A DNA stretch of 64,000 nt from an uncultured Desulfatitalea sp. GTDB taxonomy: Bacteria > Desulfobacterota > Desulfobacteria > Desulfobacterales > Desulfosarcinaceae. The stretch lies in the NCBI GenBank assembly GCA_963668675.2, contig CAXXMB010000002.1, positions 2,496,001 through 2,560,000 on the forward strand. The letters are read 5' to 3'. This document shows positions 1 through 10,280 of this stretch, one piece after another; positions within the stretch are counted from its first letter, which is position 1; every line of letters begins with the position of its first letter. The notes under the pieces were generated by a model. It searched no databases, was not told the origin of the DNA, and worked only from the letters and a program-made list of their open reading frames with translations. Made by a program: the position numbers and the translations under genes.

Positions 1-567
1 ACGCGTCCCATGTATGGCGGCAAGGTGCTGGCCGACGTGGTGCTGTCCGGTGCTCCGGTGATCGTCTCGGTGCGCCCCAATACCCAGACGATTTCCAAGG
101 AGGCGGGGGCCGGTGCCGTTGAGACGGTGGCTGCCGAGGTGGGTGAGTTGAGCTCCAAGGTGGTGGGCAAGCAGTTCGAGTCCGGCAAGGTGGACCTCAC
201 CGAGGCCGATGCGGTGGTGACCGGCGGTCGCGGCATGGGTGGGGAGGACTATTCGGCGGTCGAGGCCCTGGCCGACGTGCTCGGCGCCGCTGTGGGTGCA
301 TCGCGATCGGCGGTGGACGAGGGGTGGCGACCGGCTTCGGATCAGGTGGGCCAGACAGGCAAGACGGTGTCGCCCAATCTCTATGTGGCTTGTGGTGTTT
401 CGGGTGCGATTCAGCATCTGGCCGGTATGTCGTCTTCCAAGGTGATTGTGGCGATCAACAAGGATGCGGAGGCGCCGATTATTACCAAAGCGGATTATGC
501 CATTGTCGGGGATCTGTTCGAGGTGGTGCCGGCGCTGACCGAGGAGATCAAGAAGATCAAGGGATAG
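1..567 (+). CDS. etfA: Electron transfer flavoprotein alpha subunit, 5'-truncated by window edge
   Basis: FAD-binding motifs [36 protein letters not shown]; frame open from base 1. Confidence 0.95.
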   Translation, partial: TRPMYGGKVLADVVLSGAPVIVSVRPNTQTISKEAGAGAVETVAAEVGELSSKVVGKQFESGKVDLTEADAVVTGGRGMGGEDYSAVEALADVLGAAVGASRSAVDEGWRPASDQVGQTGKTVSPNLYVACGVSGAIQHLAGMSSSKVIVAINKDAEAPIITKADYAIVGDLFEVVPALTEEIKKIKG

Positions 568-620
568 TTGGCGGAGATGCTTTGCCGTCTTGCAATTCCG
601 GTTGTATGCCGATAGATGAT

Positions 621-650
621 AAAGGTCGCCTCCTCGGGGGGCGGCCTTTT
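621..650 (+). terminator. Rho-independent terminator after etfA
   Basis: AAAGGTCGCCTCC-TCGG-GGGGCGGCCTTTT hairpin ending in a T-run. Confidence 0.7.
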
Positions 651-703
651 AGATTTCAGCTAGTTGTTTCTGAAAATTGGTCTAAATGTGTCTGGATGAT
701 TAG

Positions 704-893
704 AGAGCCGGTGAAGTGGTCAGGGGGCATCCAATGCGACGCTCCATGGTTTAACTGCCGCTAAGGCACAGCTCCAGGCGGCCCGGAAACTCGCTTCGCT
801 CAAACAGTCCGGGCCGCTTATCTTCCGCAGCGCCTAAGCGGCAGTAAAACCATACGCTGAATGCATTGGATGCCCCCTGACCACCTCACCTCC
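704..893. repeat. Long palindromic element, copy 1 (copy 2 at 34442-34629)
   Basis: Arms 710-737/863-890 (1 mismatch), 746-767/832-853 and 778-787/808-817 around loop AACTCGCTTCGCTCAAACAG. Confidence 0.85.
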
Positions 894-916
894 CGTGAAT
901 AATCTTACGGAAAGTG

Positions 917-1047
917 TAGAGCGTGAGCAATTCGTAAGAAGCTGCTCACCCGTCATGCCGGATTTGATCCGGCATCCAGAAGCAATTGAAAAGACAGGAT
1001 TTCGGATTTCGACGGAATGACGTTATAAGCTGTTTTCACACGCTCTA
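917..1047. mobile_element. MITE-like element carrying a GTCAT-type REP doublet
   Basis: Terminal IR TAGAGCGTG/CACGCTCTA encloses CGTCATGCCGGATTTGATCCGGCATCCAG...GGATTTCGGATTTCGACGGAATGACG (951-1022); related doublet at 63665-63728. Confidence 0.6.
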
Positions 1048-1088
1048 TCATGGCTTGATGTTTTGCATGCAATCGACAGTAAGAAATT

Positions 1089-2414
1089 ATGCGCATTTAT
1101 CTTGAAAGTCTGGGCTGCGCCCGTAACCAGGTGGACAGTGAGACCATGCTGGCCCAGCTTGGATCGGCCGGCATGGAGATCGTAGCTGACCCGGCTGTGG
1201 CCGATGCCATCGTGGTGAACACGTGTGCTTTCATCGAGGCGGCGGCGGACGAGGCCATCGATTCGATCCTTACGCTGGCCCGTTTCAAACGGGAGGGACG
1301 CTGCCGGCGACTGATTGTGACCGGCTGCCTTCCCGAACGTTACCGTGAGCCGATTTCAGAGGCTTTGCCGGAAGTGGACCTTTTTTTGGGGACGGGCGCT
1401 TATGATCGTATTGTGGCTGCGGTAAAGGGTGGGATGGCTTCCGGCACTTGCCTGCTGCCCGATCCGGATGCCGTGGATGTGCGTCTTCCGGTGGCCAGGA
1501 GTCCACTGACGGCTCATACGGCCTATTTAAAGATTGCCGAGGGGTGCAGCCGGCACTGCACTTACTGTATCATTCCTAAGCTGCGCGGGCGTCAGCGCAG
1601 CCGTCCATTGGAGACGATTCTGGAGGAGGCGCGGGTGTTGATTGCCGATGGGGCCAGGGAGCTGACCTTGGTAGCTCAGGAGACCACGGCCTATGGGCGA
1701 GATCTGGATCCGCCAGGAGATATGGCCGGACTACTGGGGTCGCTGGCCGGGTTGGAACGGTCAGTTTGGATCCGGGTGATGTATGGCCATCCGGAGAGCA
1801 TTACGCCGGAGATGATCCGGGCTATAGCTGAGCATGATAATATTTGCCCCTACCTGGATATTCCTATCCAGCATGCCGCGGAGGGGGTGCTCAAACGCAT
1901 GGGGCGTCGCTATCAGGCTGAGGAGCTGCTGCTCCTGTTCGACGGTTTGCGCCGTGCGATTCCGGATGTGGCCCTGCGCACTACGGTGTTGGTGGGGTTT
2001 CCCGGTGAAAGCGAAAACGATTTCGAGCAGTTGAAGAGGTTTGTTGCCCAGGTGGGGTTTGATCATCTGGGGGTGTTCGCCTATTCGGATGCCGAAGATC
2101 TACCGTCTCACCGCCTGGATGAACATGTGGCACCTGAGGTGGCCGAGGCGCGCTGCGATGAACTGATGGCCATGCAGCGGGATATATCGGCCCACAATCT
2201 GACCCGCTACCTGGGTCGGAATCTCAATGTTCTGATCGAAGCCCGCGAGGAGGATGGGTTTTGGATGGGGCGCACGGTTTTTCAGGCGCCCGAGGTCGAT
2301 GGCCTCACCTTCATTCGGCCCCCCGGGCCGGATCGAACGATGGCGGTCGGTGAGGTGGTTCCGGTGCGTATCGTCGAGAGCATGGACTACGACTTGATTG
2401 CAGAGGTGATATGA
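1089..2414 (+). CDS. rimO: Ribosomal protein S12 methylthiotransferase
   Basis: SLGCARNQVDSE and NTCAFI N-terminus, radical SAM CSRHCTYC, C-terminal TRAM with APEVDG. Confidence 0.93.
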   Translation: MRIYLESLGCARNQVDSETMLAQLGSAGMEIVADPAVADAIVVNTCAFIEAAADEAIDSILTLARFKREGRCRRLIVTGCLPERYREPISEALPEVDLFLGTGAYDRIVAAVKGGMASGTCLLPDPDAVDVRLPVARSPLTAHTAYLKIAEGCSRHCTYCIIPKLRGRQRSRPLETILEEARVLIADGARELTLVAQETTAYGRDLDPPGDMAGLLGSLAGLERSVWIRVMYGHPESITPEMIRAIAEHDNICPYLDIPIQHAAEGVLKRMGRRYQAEELLLLFDGLRRAIPDVALRTTVLVGFPGESENDFEQLKRFVAQVGFDHLGVFAYSDAEDLPSHRLDEHVAPEVAEARCDELMAMQRDISAHNLTRYLGRNLNVLIEAREEDGFWMGRTVFQAPEVDGLTFIRPPGPDRTMAVGEVVPVRIVESMDYDLIAEVI

Positions 2415-3391
2415 GCGATCTGAAACAGAAGATTCTGGCGGCTGTGCGAGAGGATTTGGTTTGCGTCGAAAAGGCCCTGGCGGATCATCTTCATCCCCAT
2501 TTCGAGCTGGTCGGGCAGGTGGCCGGGCACCTGCTGTTTGCCGGCGGCAAGCGGCTGCGGCCTTTGTTAATGATACGGGCGGCCCGGTTGTGTGGATGTG
2601 AAAAGCAGGACCTGGCCCAGTTTGCGGTCATCTTCGAATACCTCCATGCGGCCACGCTGATGCATGACGATGTGGTGGATGGTGCCCGGCTGCGTCGTGG
2701 CAAAGCAGTGGCCCACAACGTCTGGGACCCGCCCACGGCGGTATTGACCGGTGATTTTTTGCTGGCGCGTTCCCTCTCCCTTGCGGCCCGCACGGGGTTG
2801 CCCGAGGTGATCGAGGTGATTGCCGGGATTACCGAGCAGATGTCCCAGGGCGAGATTCGGCAACTCGCCCACAAAGGGGATGTGGCGCTGGGCGAGACGA
2901 TCTATTTGGATGTGATTCGCTGCAAGACGGCGGTTTTGTTCCAGGGTGCCTGTCGGACGGGGGCGTTGATCGCGGCGGCGGCACCGGATCAGGCGGCGGC
3001 GATGGACGCTTACGGGTTTCATCTGGGCTTGGCGTTTCAGATGGCCGACGACCTTCTGGACTACACCCAAAGCACGGCGGATTTAGGCAAAGCGGCCGGC
3101 GCGGACCTGCGGGAGGGTAAACTGACCCTGCCGGTGATCCGAACCCTCGAGCAGGCCGAAGAGGCCGATCGGGTGTGGATCGAGGCGCTGATCCGGAATC
3201 CTGACTTTTCAACAGCCGAATTCGAGCGGCTGATTGCCCTGATGGGTGACTATGGCGGCATTGAGTATACCCGTCAATGCGCGGCGGACCATGTCCGGCA
3301 GGCCAAGGAGGCGCTTGGCGGTTTTGAAGACAACGACCACCGTCGGCTGTTGTGCGATATTGCCGAGTATGCCTGGTCCAGGAGCTCTTGA
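2411..3391 (+). CDS. ispB: Polyprenyl (octaprenyl-type) diphosphate synthase
   Basis: GGKRLRP, HDDVVD...RRG and FQMADDLLD motifs; ATGA overlap with rimO. Confidence 0.85.
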   Translation: MSDLKQKILAAVREDLVCVEKALADHLHPHFELVGQVAGHLLFAGGKRLRPLLMIRAARLCGCEKQDLAQFAVIFEYLHAATLMHDDVVDGARLRRGKAVAHNVWDPPTAVLTGDFLLARSLSLAARTGLPEVIEVIAGITEQMSQGEIRQLAHKGDVALGETIYLDVIRCKTAVLFQGACRTGALIAAAAPDQAAAMDAYGFHLGLAFQMADDLLDYTQSTADLGKAAGADLREGKLTLPVIRTLEQAEEADRVWIEALIRNPDFSTAEFERLIALMGDYGGIEYTRQCAADHVRQAKEALGGFEDNDHRRLLCDIAEYAWSRSS

Positions 3392-3482
3392 CACGCAGTG
3401 ACTTACCATTTTTGAATGCCACTTGGGGGCCGGCCATGATATGATCGGCTTCAATGGACAATCGCACGGACAAGGAGGAATC

Positions 3483-4664
3483 ATGCAGATGGCAATGGGG
3501 CTGAAACGATGGATGGCGATGCTGGCCGTAATGATGGTCGCTCTGCCTTCGGCCTGGGCCCAGCCTGCCAAGAGTGAAAATTTGGTCTATGTGGTCGGCA
3601 CCAGCCAGATCCGCAACGGCGATATGTCGACGGCCCGGCAGGAGGCCATTGAGGATGGGTTGGTCACGGCTGTCAGTCAGACCCTCACCGAACTGTTGCC
3701 GTCCGAAAGCATCGCCGGTAATTTTCAGGTGCTCAATGAGTCCATTTTGAGCCGGACAGAGAAGTTTGTCAGGGACTATCAAGTGATGGCGGAATCCCCG
3801 TTGGGCGATACCTATCGGCTCATGGCGCGCACCACCGTCTCCATCGACCGGCTCGAGGGGGCGATCAAAGCGGCCGGCATTCGACTGGGTAAGGCACGAT
3901 ATCCGAGGGTGCTGTTGTGCATCGCTGAGAAGGGCTTCGGCGATGACGGTCCAAGCTACTGGTGGGGTGGGCAGCCGGCCCTGGGCGGCCGAATCGCTGC
4001 CAGTGCGTTGACGAAGGCCCTGATTGATGCGGGCTTTAAGGTCGTTCAGCCCGATACGGGTTTCGCTGGTGCCGGGTTGCCGGCTGAATTGAGCGTTGAA
4101 CAGGCTCAGGCGCTGGCCAAACGGCACGGCGCCGAAGTGGTGGTGGTCGGCCTGGCCGTCGTTGAAGCGGCGGCCAATACCATGGGCGGCGATGTCCGCT
4201 CCTATCGCGCTACGGTCTCGACCCGGGCCTATCGTGCCTCCGATGGTCGGGTGCTGACGGAGATCCGCGACAGCGCCCTGTCGGCGGCTGAAGATCCCGA
4301 GACGGGCAGCCGCGAAGGGATTGAAAATGCAGCCGCTCTAGCGGGTCCGCCTCTGAGCGATCAACTCGCCAAGGCGTGGTTCCGGCAGGGCGCCGGAAGC
4401 GCCCCCATTACGTTGCGTGTGCAGGGCATCGGAGGCCACATCGCCGATTTCGTGAAGTTCCGCGGTGCGTTGGGAACCATGTCGGGTGTTGATGCGTTGC
4501 AGTTGAAAGAGATGATGACCGACTCGGCTGCACTGGCCGTCCGGTATCAGGGCAATGCCCGCGCTTTGGCTGATGCCGTTCTGCTGCTCAATTTCGATAC
4601 CTTCGGCATCGATATCGAACTGGTCGGGGCCGACGAGATTCGACTGAGGTTGGTACCGCGATAG
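3483..4664 (+). CDS. Secreted hypothetical protein (FlgT-N/LPP20-like N-terminus)
   Basis: AGGAGG RBS before ATG 3483; signal peptide ending AWA; 'ARQEAIEDGL' helix typical of FlgT-N/LPP20-like domains. Confidence 0.6.
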   Translation: MQMAMGLKRWMAMLAVMMVALPSAWAQPAKSENLVYVVGTSQIRNGDMSTARQEAIEDGLVTAVSQTLTELLPSESIAGNFQVLNESILSRTEKFVRDYQVMAESPLGDTYRLMARTTVSIDRLEGAIKAAGIRLGKARYPRVLLCIAEKGFGDDGPSYWWGGQPALGGRIAASALTKALIDAGFKVVQPDTGFAGAGLPAELSVEQAQALAKRHGAEVVVVGLAVVEAAANTMGGDVRSYRATVSTRAYRASDGRVLTEIRDSALSAAEDPETGSREGIENAAALAGPPLSDQLAKAWFRQGAGSAPITLRVQGIGGHIADFVKFRGALGTMSGVDALQLKEMMTDSAALAVRYQGNARALADAVLLLNFDTFGIDIELVGADEIRLRLVPR

Positions 4665-4673
4665 GGGAGTGTT

Positions 4674-5228
4674 TTGAGTCGATTCAGTTCGCCCATCAAT
4701 ATTCCCAACATCCTGACGCTGGTGAGAATTCTTCTCACACCGGTGTTTGTCATTCTGCTGCTGCGTCAGCTCTATCCCCATGCGCTGGCGGTGTTCATCT
4801 TCGCCGGACTCAGTGACGGGTTGGACGGATTTATCGCCCGCTACTTCAATCAGCGCACGGCCCTCGGCGCCTACCTCGACCCCACGGCAGACAAGCTGCT
4901 GCTGGTCTCTTCCTATGTGGCCCTCTCTGTGCTCCAGGTGATTCCCGCCTGGGTGGCCGTGGTGGTGATCACCCGGGATGTAATCATCGTCGTCGGTATT
5001 GCGATCTTTACGCTTTTTGAAAAGGCATACGCAGTGCGGCCGAGCATCCTGAGCAAGTGCACCACTACCCTTCAAATTCTGCTGGTGGCCGTTTCGCTCT
5101 TCGATCCGGACCACATCCGAATGGCGGCCCTGCATCCTCCGCTACTCTGGGCGACTGCCAGTCTGACCGTTCTCTCGGGGCTGCACTATATCTACATCGG
5201 GATGAATATTTTGCAGGAGCCGGGTTAG
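4674..5228 (+). CDS. CDP-alcohol phosphatidyltransferase (PgsA-like)
   Basis: NIPNILTLVR and DGLDGFIAR...GAYLDPTADK signature. Confidence 0.88.
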   Translation: MSRFSSPINIPNILTLVRILLTPVFVILLLRQLYPHALAVFIFAGLSDGLDGFIARYFNQRTALGAYLDPTADKLLLVSSYVALSVLQVIPAWVAVVVITRDVIIVVGIAIFTLFEKAYAVRPSILSKCTTTLQILLVAVSLFDPDHIRMAALHPPLLWATASLTVLSGLHYIYIGMNILQEPG

Positions 5229-5249
5229 ACTGGATCGGTATGCGCCGGA

Positions 5250-6359
5250 TCAGGCGAGAAAATGCGTTTCGCCGTGTTTGATATCCACCCATCGATCCAA
5301 CAACCCTTCCTTTTCCATCACTGCGCGCAGGTCCATGGGCGGGAAGTGCACCGGCTCGTCTCCCAGGCGGAAAGTGCCCCAATGGACCACCATCAGCTGT
5401 TTGGCGCCAAGCTGTTTGAATGCGGTCACCGTCTCTTCCGGATTCATGTGGCTGGGCGCCATGAACCAACGCGGTTCGTAGGCACCGAGATTGACGATGG
5501 CCAGATCGATGTCGAATTGGCTGCCGATCTCGCGGAATCCGTCGAAGAAGGCAGTGTCACCGGAGACGTAAATGGTTTTCCCGCCGGCGGTCTCCACCAC
5601 ATAGGATCCCCATAGGGCACGGTTGGGACCTGAAAAGGGGTTTCGCATGGTCCAGTGGTTGCAGGGCAGAAAGGTGATTTTGCGCTTTCCGTCGCTGTAG
5701 GTCTCATACCAGTCCAGAGGACTGCGGTTGGTCATCCCCAGGCCATCGAGCAGGTTGTCATACCCGAGCGGCGCGACCACATGCGTGTTGGCATTGAAGA
5801 GAGAGAGCGATCCTTTGTCGAAATGGTCGTAGTGGCCATGGGTGAGGAGGATGTGATCGGCGGCCGGCATTTCAGTGACGTCAAAATCGAGCGGTGAAAA
5901 ATCGCGAATAAACCAGAAGATGTCATTGAATACCGGATCGACGATCAGGTGGCGATCCTGGTCTTTGATCAGCACTGAGGCGTGTTTGATAAAGGTGACT
6001 GAAACGCCGTCCGATTTTCCCAGCCTATCCCAATCCACGCGGACCGGCGTCACCGGCTGTTCGTCCAGGTGTGATCGATATTCATTTTCGCTGAACAGCT
6101 TCCAGTGCAGCAGTTCGCCCAAGCCTTTTCTGCGCCGTGCCTTGCCCAGTGGATTGATAAAGCGGCCCTCCGTGCCGTGATGCACCTTGCGGGCGGCCAA
6201 CTCCTTGAGGGTGGTTCCGTCGAGCAGGTTGTAGTGGATTTCATCGCGGCTCGTTTCATCGATGGCTGCGCGGGCGACGCACCCAGGTATCATCTGGAGA
6301 AGGAGCATGGCTTTGAGCCCCTGCGTCATCTTCTGGATAAATGCTCTGCGTCCCATCAT
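5250..6359 (-). CDS. MBL-fold metallo-hydrolase (NAPE-PLD/RomA-like) with probable Tat signal
   Basis: THGHYDH motif, VSGDT, HMNPEE, VHWGTF; start MMGRRAFI chosen because the longer ORF runs over the tRNA. Confidence 0.85.
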   Translation of the reverse strand: MMGRRAFIQKMTQGLKAMLLLQMIPGCVARAAIDETSRDEIHYNLLDGTTLKELAARKVHHGTEGRFINPLGKARRRKGLGELLHWKLFSENEYRSHLDEQPVTPVRVDWDRLGKSDGVSVTFIKHASVLIKDQDRHLIVDPVFNDIFWFIRDFSPLDFDVTEMPAADHILLTHGHYDHFDKGSLSLFNANTHVVAPLGYDNLLDGLGMTNRSPLDWYETYSDGKRKITFLPCNHWTMRNPFSGPNRALWGSYVVETAGGKTIYVSGDTAFFDGFREIGSQFDIDLAIVNLGAYEPRWFMAPSHMNPEETVTAFKQLGAKQLMVVHWGTFRLGDEPVHFPPMDLRAVMEKEGLLDRWVDIKHGETHFLA

Positions 6360-6482
6360 GAGATTGCCTTTCAGCCGTCGCTTGAGTCCAGGTTTAAAGG
6401 GTAAGCTAACACCGATCGGGCCGAGGTCAATCCGAATGCGGGCAAGGCTGCCGGATTGCTGGTTCTCCAGCCTGATTTGGCC

Positions 6483-6511
6483 TTGACAGAGATAGGCGCT
6501 GGTGTTAACAA
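6483..6511 (+). promoter_or_regulatory. Sigma70-type promoter of tRNA-Val
   Basis: TTGACA-17 bp-TAACAA with extended TG, ending 14 bp before the tRNA. Confidence 0.6.
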
Positions 6512-6524
6512 AGCCGTTACTTTC

Positions 6525-6599
6525 AGGCACGTAGCTCAGGGGGAGAGCGCTACCCTGACACGGTAGAAGTCGGGAGTTCAAATCTCCCCGTGCCTACCA
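6525..6599 (+). tRNA. tRNA-Val (anticodon GAC)
   Basis: Acceptor stem AGGCACG/CGTGCCT, D-arm GCTC/GAGC, anticodon arm CTACC-CTGACAC-GGTAG, TTCAAAT T-loop, encoded CCA. Confidence 0.97.
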
Positions 6600-6689
6600 T
6601 TTAGGGCGGAAGGGTTGCGAGGTGTTCGCAGCCCTTTTTCTCTTTACAGTGCCGGAAAACAGAACGATAAAGCCAATATGGAGAGAGAC

Positions 6690-7226
6690 ATGTATTTGCG
6701 CTGTCGACGACCCGCTGCCTGGTGGTTCCTGGTGCTGGGGCTCTGGCTCCTTTCCGGCTGTGCCCGGCCGCAAGTGGCTGGTGTCGCTCCCATGGATTGG
6801 ACCGTGGCCAGCAGCGGCGCCTATAGCAGCGATCGGGGACGGTTTTTTTGGGGCATCGGCAGGGCATCGGGCCTGCGCAGTACCACCTTGCTGCGTGCCA
6901 CGGCCGACAACCAGGCCCAGAGCGAGATGGCCGATCTGCTTCAGGTCTACCTGGCGTCGCTGGCTGGAGCGGTGGGGATCGATACCTCAAGGCCCGTGAA
7001 CCGGCAGATGATCTACGAGATGCGTCAGACTGTCATGAAGCAGGCCCGCATTGTCGACCATCGATACAGTGATGGTTCCGGTGTCGTAATGGCATTGTGC
7101 CGGCTGGATCTGGAGGCGCTTAAAAGGGTCCTGGAAACCAATCGCTATGCTGACGCGGCTGTGACAAAGCGCCTTCTGCTCGAGGCAGACCAGGTGCATG
7201 GCAAGATGGCTGACAGGGATAAGTAA
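6690..7226 (+). CDS. LPP20-like lipoprotein
   Basis: Lipobox LSGC; FWGIGRA...RATADNQAQSEMA pattern; start uncertain (6678 or 6690). Confidence 0.65.
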   Translation: MYLRCRRPAAWWFLVLGLWLLSGCARPQVAGVAPMDWTVASSGAYSSDRGRFFWGIGRASGLRSTTLLRATADNQAQSEMADLLQVYLASLAGAVGIDTSRPVNRQMIYEMRQTVMKQARIVDHRYSDGSGVVMALCRLDLEALKRVLETNRYADAAVTKRLLLEADQVHGKMADRDK

Positions 7227-7274
7227 TCTCTGACGGCCATCATTCCATTCAAATGTCGGAAAAGAGTAATATTT

Positions 7275-8939
7275 ATGAAGAATCATATCCGCAAACTGGT
7301 GCTGAACGCGGCGCGCAGGGCTTATGATGCCGGCGTGCTGCCATCAGAAGCGTTTCCCGAAGTAGAGATCGAAGAGCCTAAAATCGAGAGTCACGGCGAT
7401 TTTGCCACCAACTTTGCCATGCTGTCGGCCAAGATCCAGAAGATGCCGCCGCGAGGCATCGCCCAGGCCCTGGTCGAGCACATGGAAGATCCACAAGGGC
7501 ACGTGGACCGAATGGAGATCGCCGGCCCCGGATTTGTAAATTTTTTCCTCAAGCTGTCGGCCTGGCCGCCGGTGGTGGCCCATGTGCTGGCCCAGGACCG
7601 GACTTATGGCGCTTCGGAGATGGGGAAGGGAAAACGGATTCAGGTGGAGTTTGTCAGCGCCAACCCCACCGGCCCCCTGCACGTGGGCCATGGCCGCGGC
7701 GCGGCCGTGGGGGATGCGATGGCCAACATCCTGGCTTTCTGCGGCTACGATGTGCAGCGGGAGTACTACATCAACGACTCGGGACGCCAGATTCGGACCC
7801 TGGGGCGTTCGGTATTGCTGCGCTGCAGGGAGTTGCTCGGTGAGTCGGTCGATTTTCCAGATGACTGCTACCAGGGAGCATATATTCGCGTACTGGCCCG
7901 GGAGGTGATCGACGCCAAGGGTACCGATTTCATCCGTCAGGATGGAGATGCTGCCTTAAACTACTGCGCCCGCTATGCGGCGGATGCCATCTTGGCCGGA
8001 ATCCGCGCCGATCTGGAGGCTTTCGGCGTCTCCTATGACGAGTGGTACAGCGAGCAGCGGCTTTTCGATGAGGGGATGGTCGAGCAGGCCCTCGACGTGC
8101 TGAAAAGGCAAGGTGTGGTCTATGCCAAGGAGGACGCCTGGTGGTTCAACACCACCAAGTACGGCGACGAGAAGGACCGCGTCGTGGTGCGCCGGAATGG
8201 GCTCACCACCTATTTTGCCTCTGACATTGCCTACCACCGCAACAAGTTCGAGCGCGGCTTCGAGCGCGTTATCGACGTATGGGGTGCCGACCATCACGGC
8301 TACATCCCTCGCATGAATGCTGCCGTGGAGGCCACCGGGCAGCGCCGGGATCAGTTCCAGGTCATTCTGGTGCAGTTGGTCAATCTGCTTCGGGGCGGCC
8401 AGCCGGTGGCCATGTCGACCCGGGCCGGAGAGTTCGTGACGCTGGAAGAGGTGGTGGCCGAGGTGGGGTGCGATGCGGCGCGCTTTATCTTTTTGACCCG
8501 GGCTTACGACAGTCCCCTCGATTTCGATCTGGAGGTGGCAAAGCAACGGACCAACGACAACCCGGTCTACTATGTGCAGTATGTCCATGCCCGCATTGCC
8601 AGCATCCTTCGCAAGGCGCAGGAGAGCGGGGTGGATGCGGTCGCCTGGACGGATGCTGCCGGCGCCCGCTTGGTGGAACCGGAGGAGATCGCGCTGATCA
8701 GGGCGCTGGACCGCTACCCGCGGGTCGTACGAATGGCAGCCGAGACCCTGGCCCCCCACCGCATCACCTTCTACCTGATGCAACTGGCCGCACTCTTTCA
8801 TGCTTACTACAACAAGCACCGGGTGCTGGTCGAGGAGCGCGAACTGGCCGCCGGCCGTCTCTGTCTGATACTGGCGGTGCAGAAGGTGATTCGCAACGGG
8901 TTGGCGCTATTGGGTGTCGGTGCGCCGGAGAAGATGTAG
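7275..8939 (+). CDS. argS: Arginine--tRNA ligase
   Basis: [18 protein letters not shown] (HIGH), [14 protein letters not shown], ends APEKM. Confidence 0.97.
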   Translation: MKNHIRKLVLNAARRAYDAGVLPSEAFPEVEIEEPKIESHGDFATNFAMLSAKIQKMPPRGIAQALVEHMEDPQGHVDRMEIAGPGFVNFFLKLSAWPPVVAHVLAQDRTYGASEMGKGKRIQVEFVSANPTGPLHVGHGRGAAVGDAMANILAFCGYDVQREYYINDSGRQIRTLGRSVLLRCRELLGESVDFPDDCYQGAYIRVLAREVIDAKGTDFIRQDGDAALNYCARYAADAILAGIRADLEAFGVSYDEWYSEQRLFDEGMVEQALDVLKRQGVVYAKEDAWWFNTTKYGDEKDRVVVRRNGLTTYFASDIAYHRNKFERGFERVIDVWGADHHGYIPRMNAAVEATGQRRDQFQVILVQLVNLLRGGQPVAMSTRAGEFVTLEEVVAEVGCDAARFIFLTRAYDSPLDFDLEVAKQRTNDNPVYYVQYVHARIASILRKAQESGVDAVAWTDAAGARLVEPEEIALIRALDRYPRVVRMAAETLAPHRITFYLMQLAALFHAYYNKHRVLVEERELAAGRLCLILAVQKVIRNGLALLGVGAPEKM

Positions 8940-8943
8940 AAAA

Positions 8944-9003
8944 ATAAGTATGAAAGCAGGAAAATGGGAAAGTATGAAAGTAGGAAAGTGACGGTATTCT
9001 GCC
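8944..9003 (+). repeat. Solo arm of the tandem-8-mer plus GGTATTCTGYC repeat family
   Basis: ATAAGTAT GAAAGCAG GAAAATGG GAAAGTAT GAAAGTAG GAAAGTGA CGGTATTCTGCC just after the argS stop. Confidence 0.8.
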
Positions 9004-9080
9004 GATTTTACGATGGCAATTGAATATGTGCCTCCCTTGTGTCTATTCTGGATCCCGGTCTGCTTGAAAGGGTTGATTGC

Positions 9081-9794
9081 GTGGCCAAAAGCGAATTAAA
9101 ACCGGCGTTTCAACTTACCCGCAAGGGGCTTTGTGTTTGGGGCGGATTGGTCTTTTTTGTGATGGGATGGATGTTCATCCTCGGTATCCTTGTCGGACGG
9201 GGTACCGCACCGATCCCCTTGAAGGCGCATGAACTGGAGCAGGAGCTGAAAGCGCGCAAAGAGACCGTGCTGAAGAAACAGCAGGATGAGATCGATGCAA
9301 GGGTCAAGCAGGGGGATGCGCCGGCGGCGGAGCTGGGCTTCTATGAAGCGCTGAAAAAACCGCCAGCAGAAACCCAGCGCAGGATCGCATCGTCACCGAA
9401 ACCTGCGCAGAAGCCGGCCTCTTCGGCCAAGCCACCGGCGACGAAACCGGCACCGGCCAGGCCGGCTGAGCGGACGGTCGCTCCAAAGCCCGCGCCTCCG
9501 CCTCCGCCTCCGGTGGCCGCCAAACCTGCCCCGGCTGCGAAACCCGCACCAGCCGCCAGAGGGCGATTTACCATCCAGGTCGGCGCGTTCAGAGAGGCCG
9601 ACAGTGCAGATGCGCTGGTGAATCGATTGCGACAAAAAGGGCATGCCGCCTATCACCTGCGTACGGAAGTGCCGGGAAAGGGCGTTTGGTACCGGGTGCG
9701 TGTGGGCGCCTTCGACTCCCGGTCGGCAGCCGACGCCAAACTGGTGCGACTCAGAGGCGATAAGATAAAGGGCATGGTGATCGGCACGCCCTGA
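9081..9794 (+). CDS. SPOR-domain cell division protein (FtsN/DedD-like)
   Basis: N-terminal TM, Pro/Ala linker, FTIQVGAF...WYRVRVGAF SPOR domain; follows argS. Confidence 0.85.
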   Translation: MAKSELKPAFQLTRKGLCVWGGLVFFVMGWMFILGILVGRGTAPIPLKAHELEQELKARKETVLKKQQDEIDARVKQGDAPAAELGFYEALKKPPAETQRRIASSPKPAQKPASSAKPPATKPAPARPAERTVAPKPAPPPPPPVAAKPAPAAKPAPAARGRFTIQVGAFREADSADALVNRLRQKGHAAYHLRTEVPGKGVWYRVRVGAFDSRSAADAKLVRLRGDKIKGMVIGTP

Positions 9795-9890
9795 TCGCAT
9801 CACCTTTCGCCTTTACACGACAGGTCCGACGTGGTTAGTAATTGGCTTGGCTCTATCGTTAGTTTGATCCTGAAGATTAGGGAGCGGTAA

Positions 9891-10178
9891 ATGAAGATAA
9901 CGGCCGAACAAGTGATGCATGTCGCCCGATTGGCCCGCCTGGAGATCGAACCCGGGTCGGTTGACAAGCTGGCTCAGCAGGTTGCCACCATTTTGGACTA
10001 TGTCGATACCCTGGCCCAGGTCGATACCGAGGGGGTGCCGCCCACCACCCATGCCATCGATTTGACCAATGCATTTCGGGATGACGAGCCCCATGGCCAT
10101 CTGGCGCCCGATGAGGCCCTGGCCAATGCGCCGGTCAAGGAGAACGCCAGCTTCGTCGTTCCCAAGGTGATTGGATAA
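9891..10178 (+). CDS. gatC: Asp/Glu-tRNA amidotransferase subunit C
   Basis: VMHVARLARL, FRDD, ALANAP...FVVPKVI. Confidence 0.95.
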   Translation: MKITAEQVMHVARLARLEIEPGSVDKLAQQVATILDYVDTLAQVDTEGVPPTTHAIDLTNAFRDDEPHGHLAPDEALANAPVKENASFVVPKVIG

Positions 10179-10280
10179 CATTCGGCGGCCGGAGACCGAG
10201 GAGGCGTGAACAAAGGGCCTCTCTTTGTTTCGTTCCTCCCCCAAGCGTTAACATTGGCGACAGATGTGGTGTGACATACA

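Noticed and set aside
6360..6581. N-terminal extension of the MBL hydrolase ORF
   Set aside because: It overlaps the tRNA and its promoter; the start at 6359 gives an RBS and a Tat-like signal
6525..6599. tRNA-Val as an island integration site
   Set aside because: No integrase and no duplicated tRNA 3' end seen; flanking genes are housekeeping
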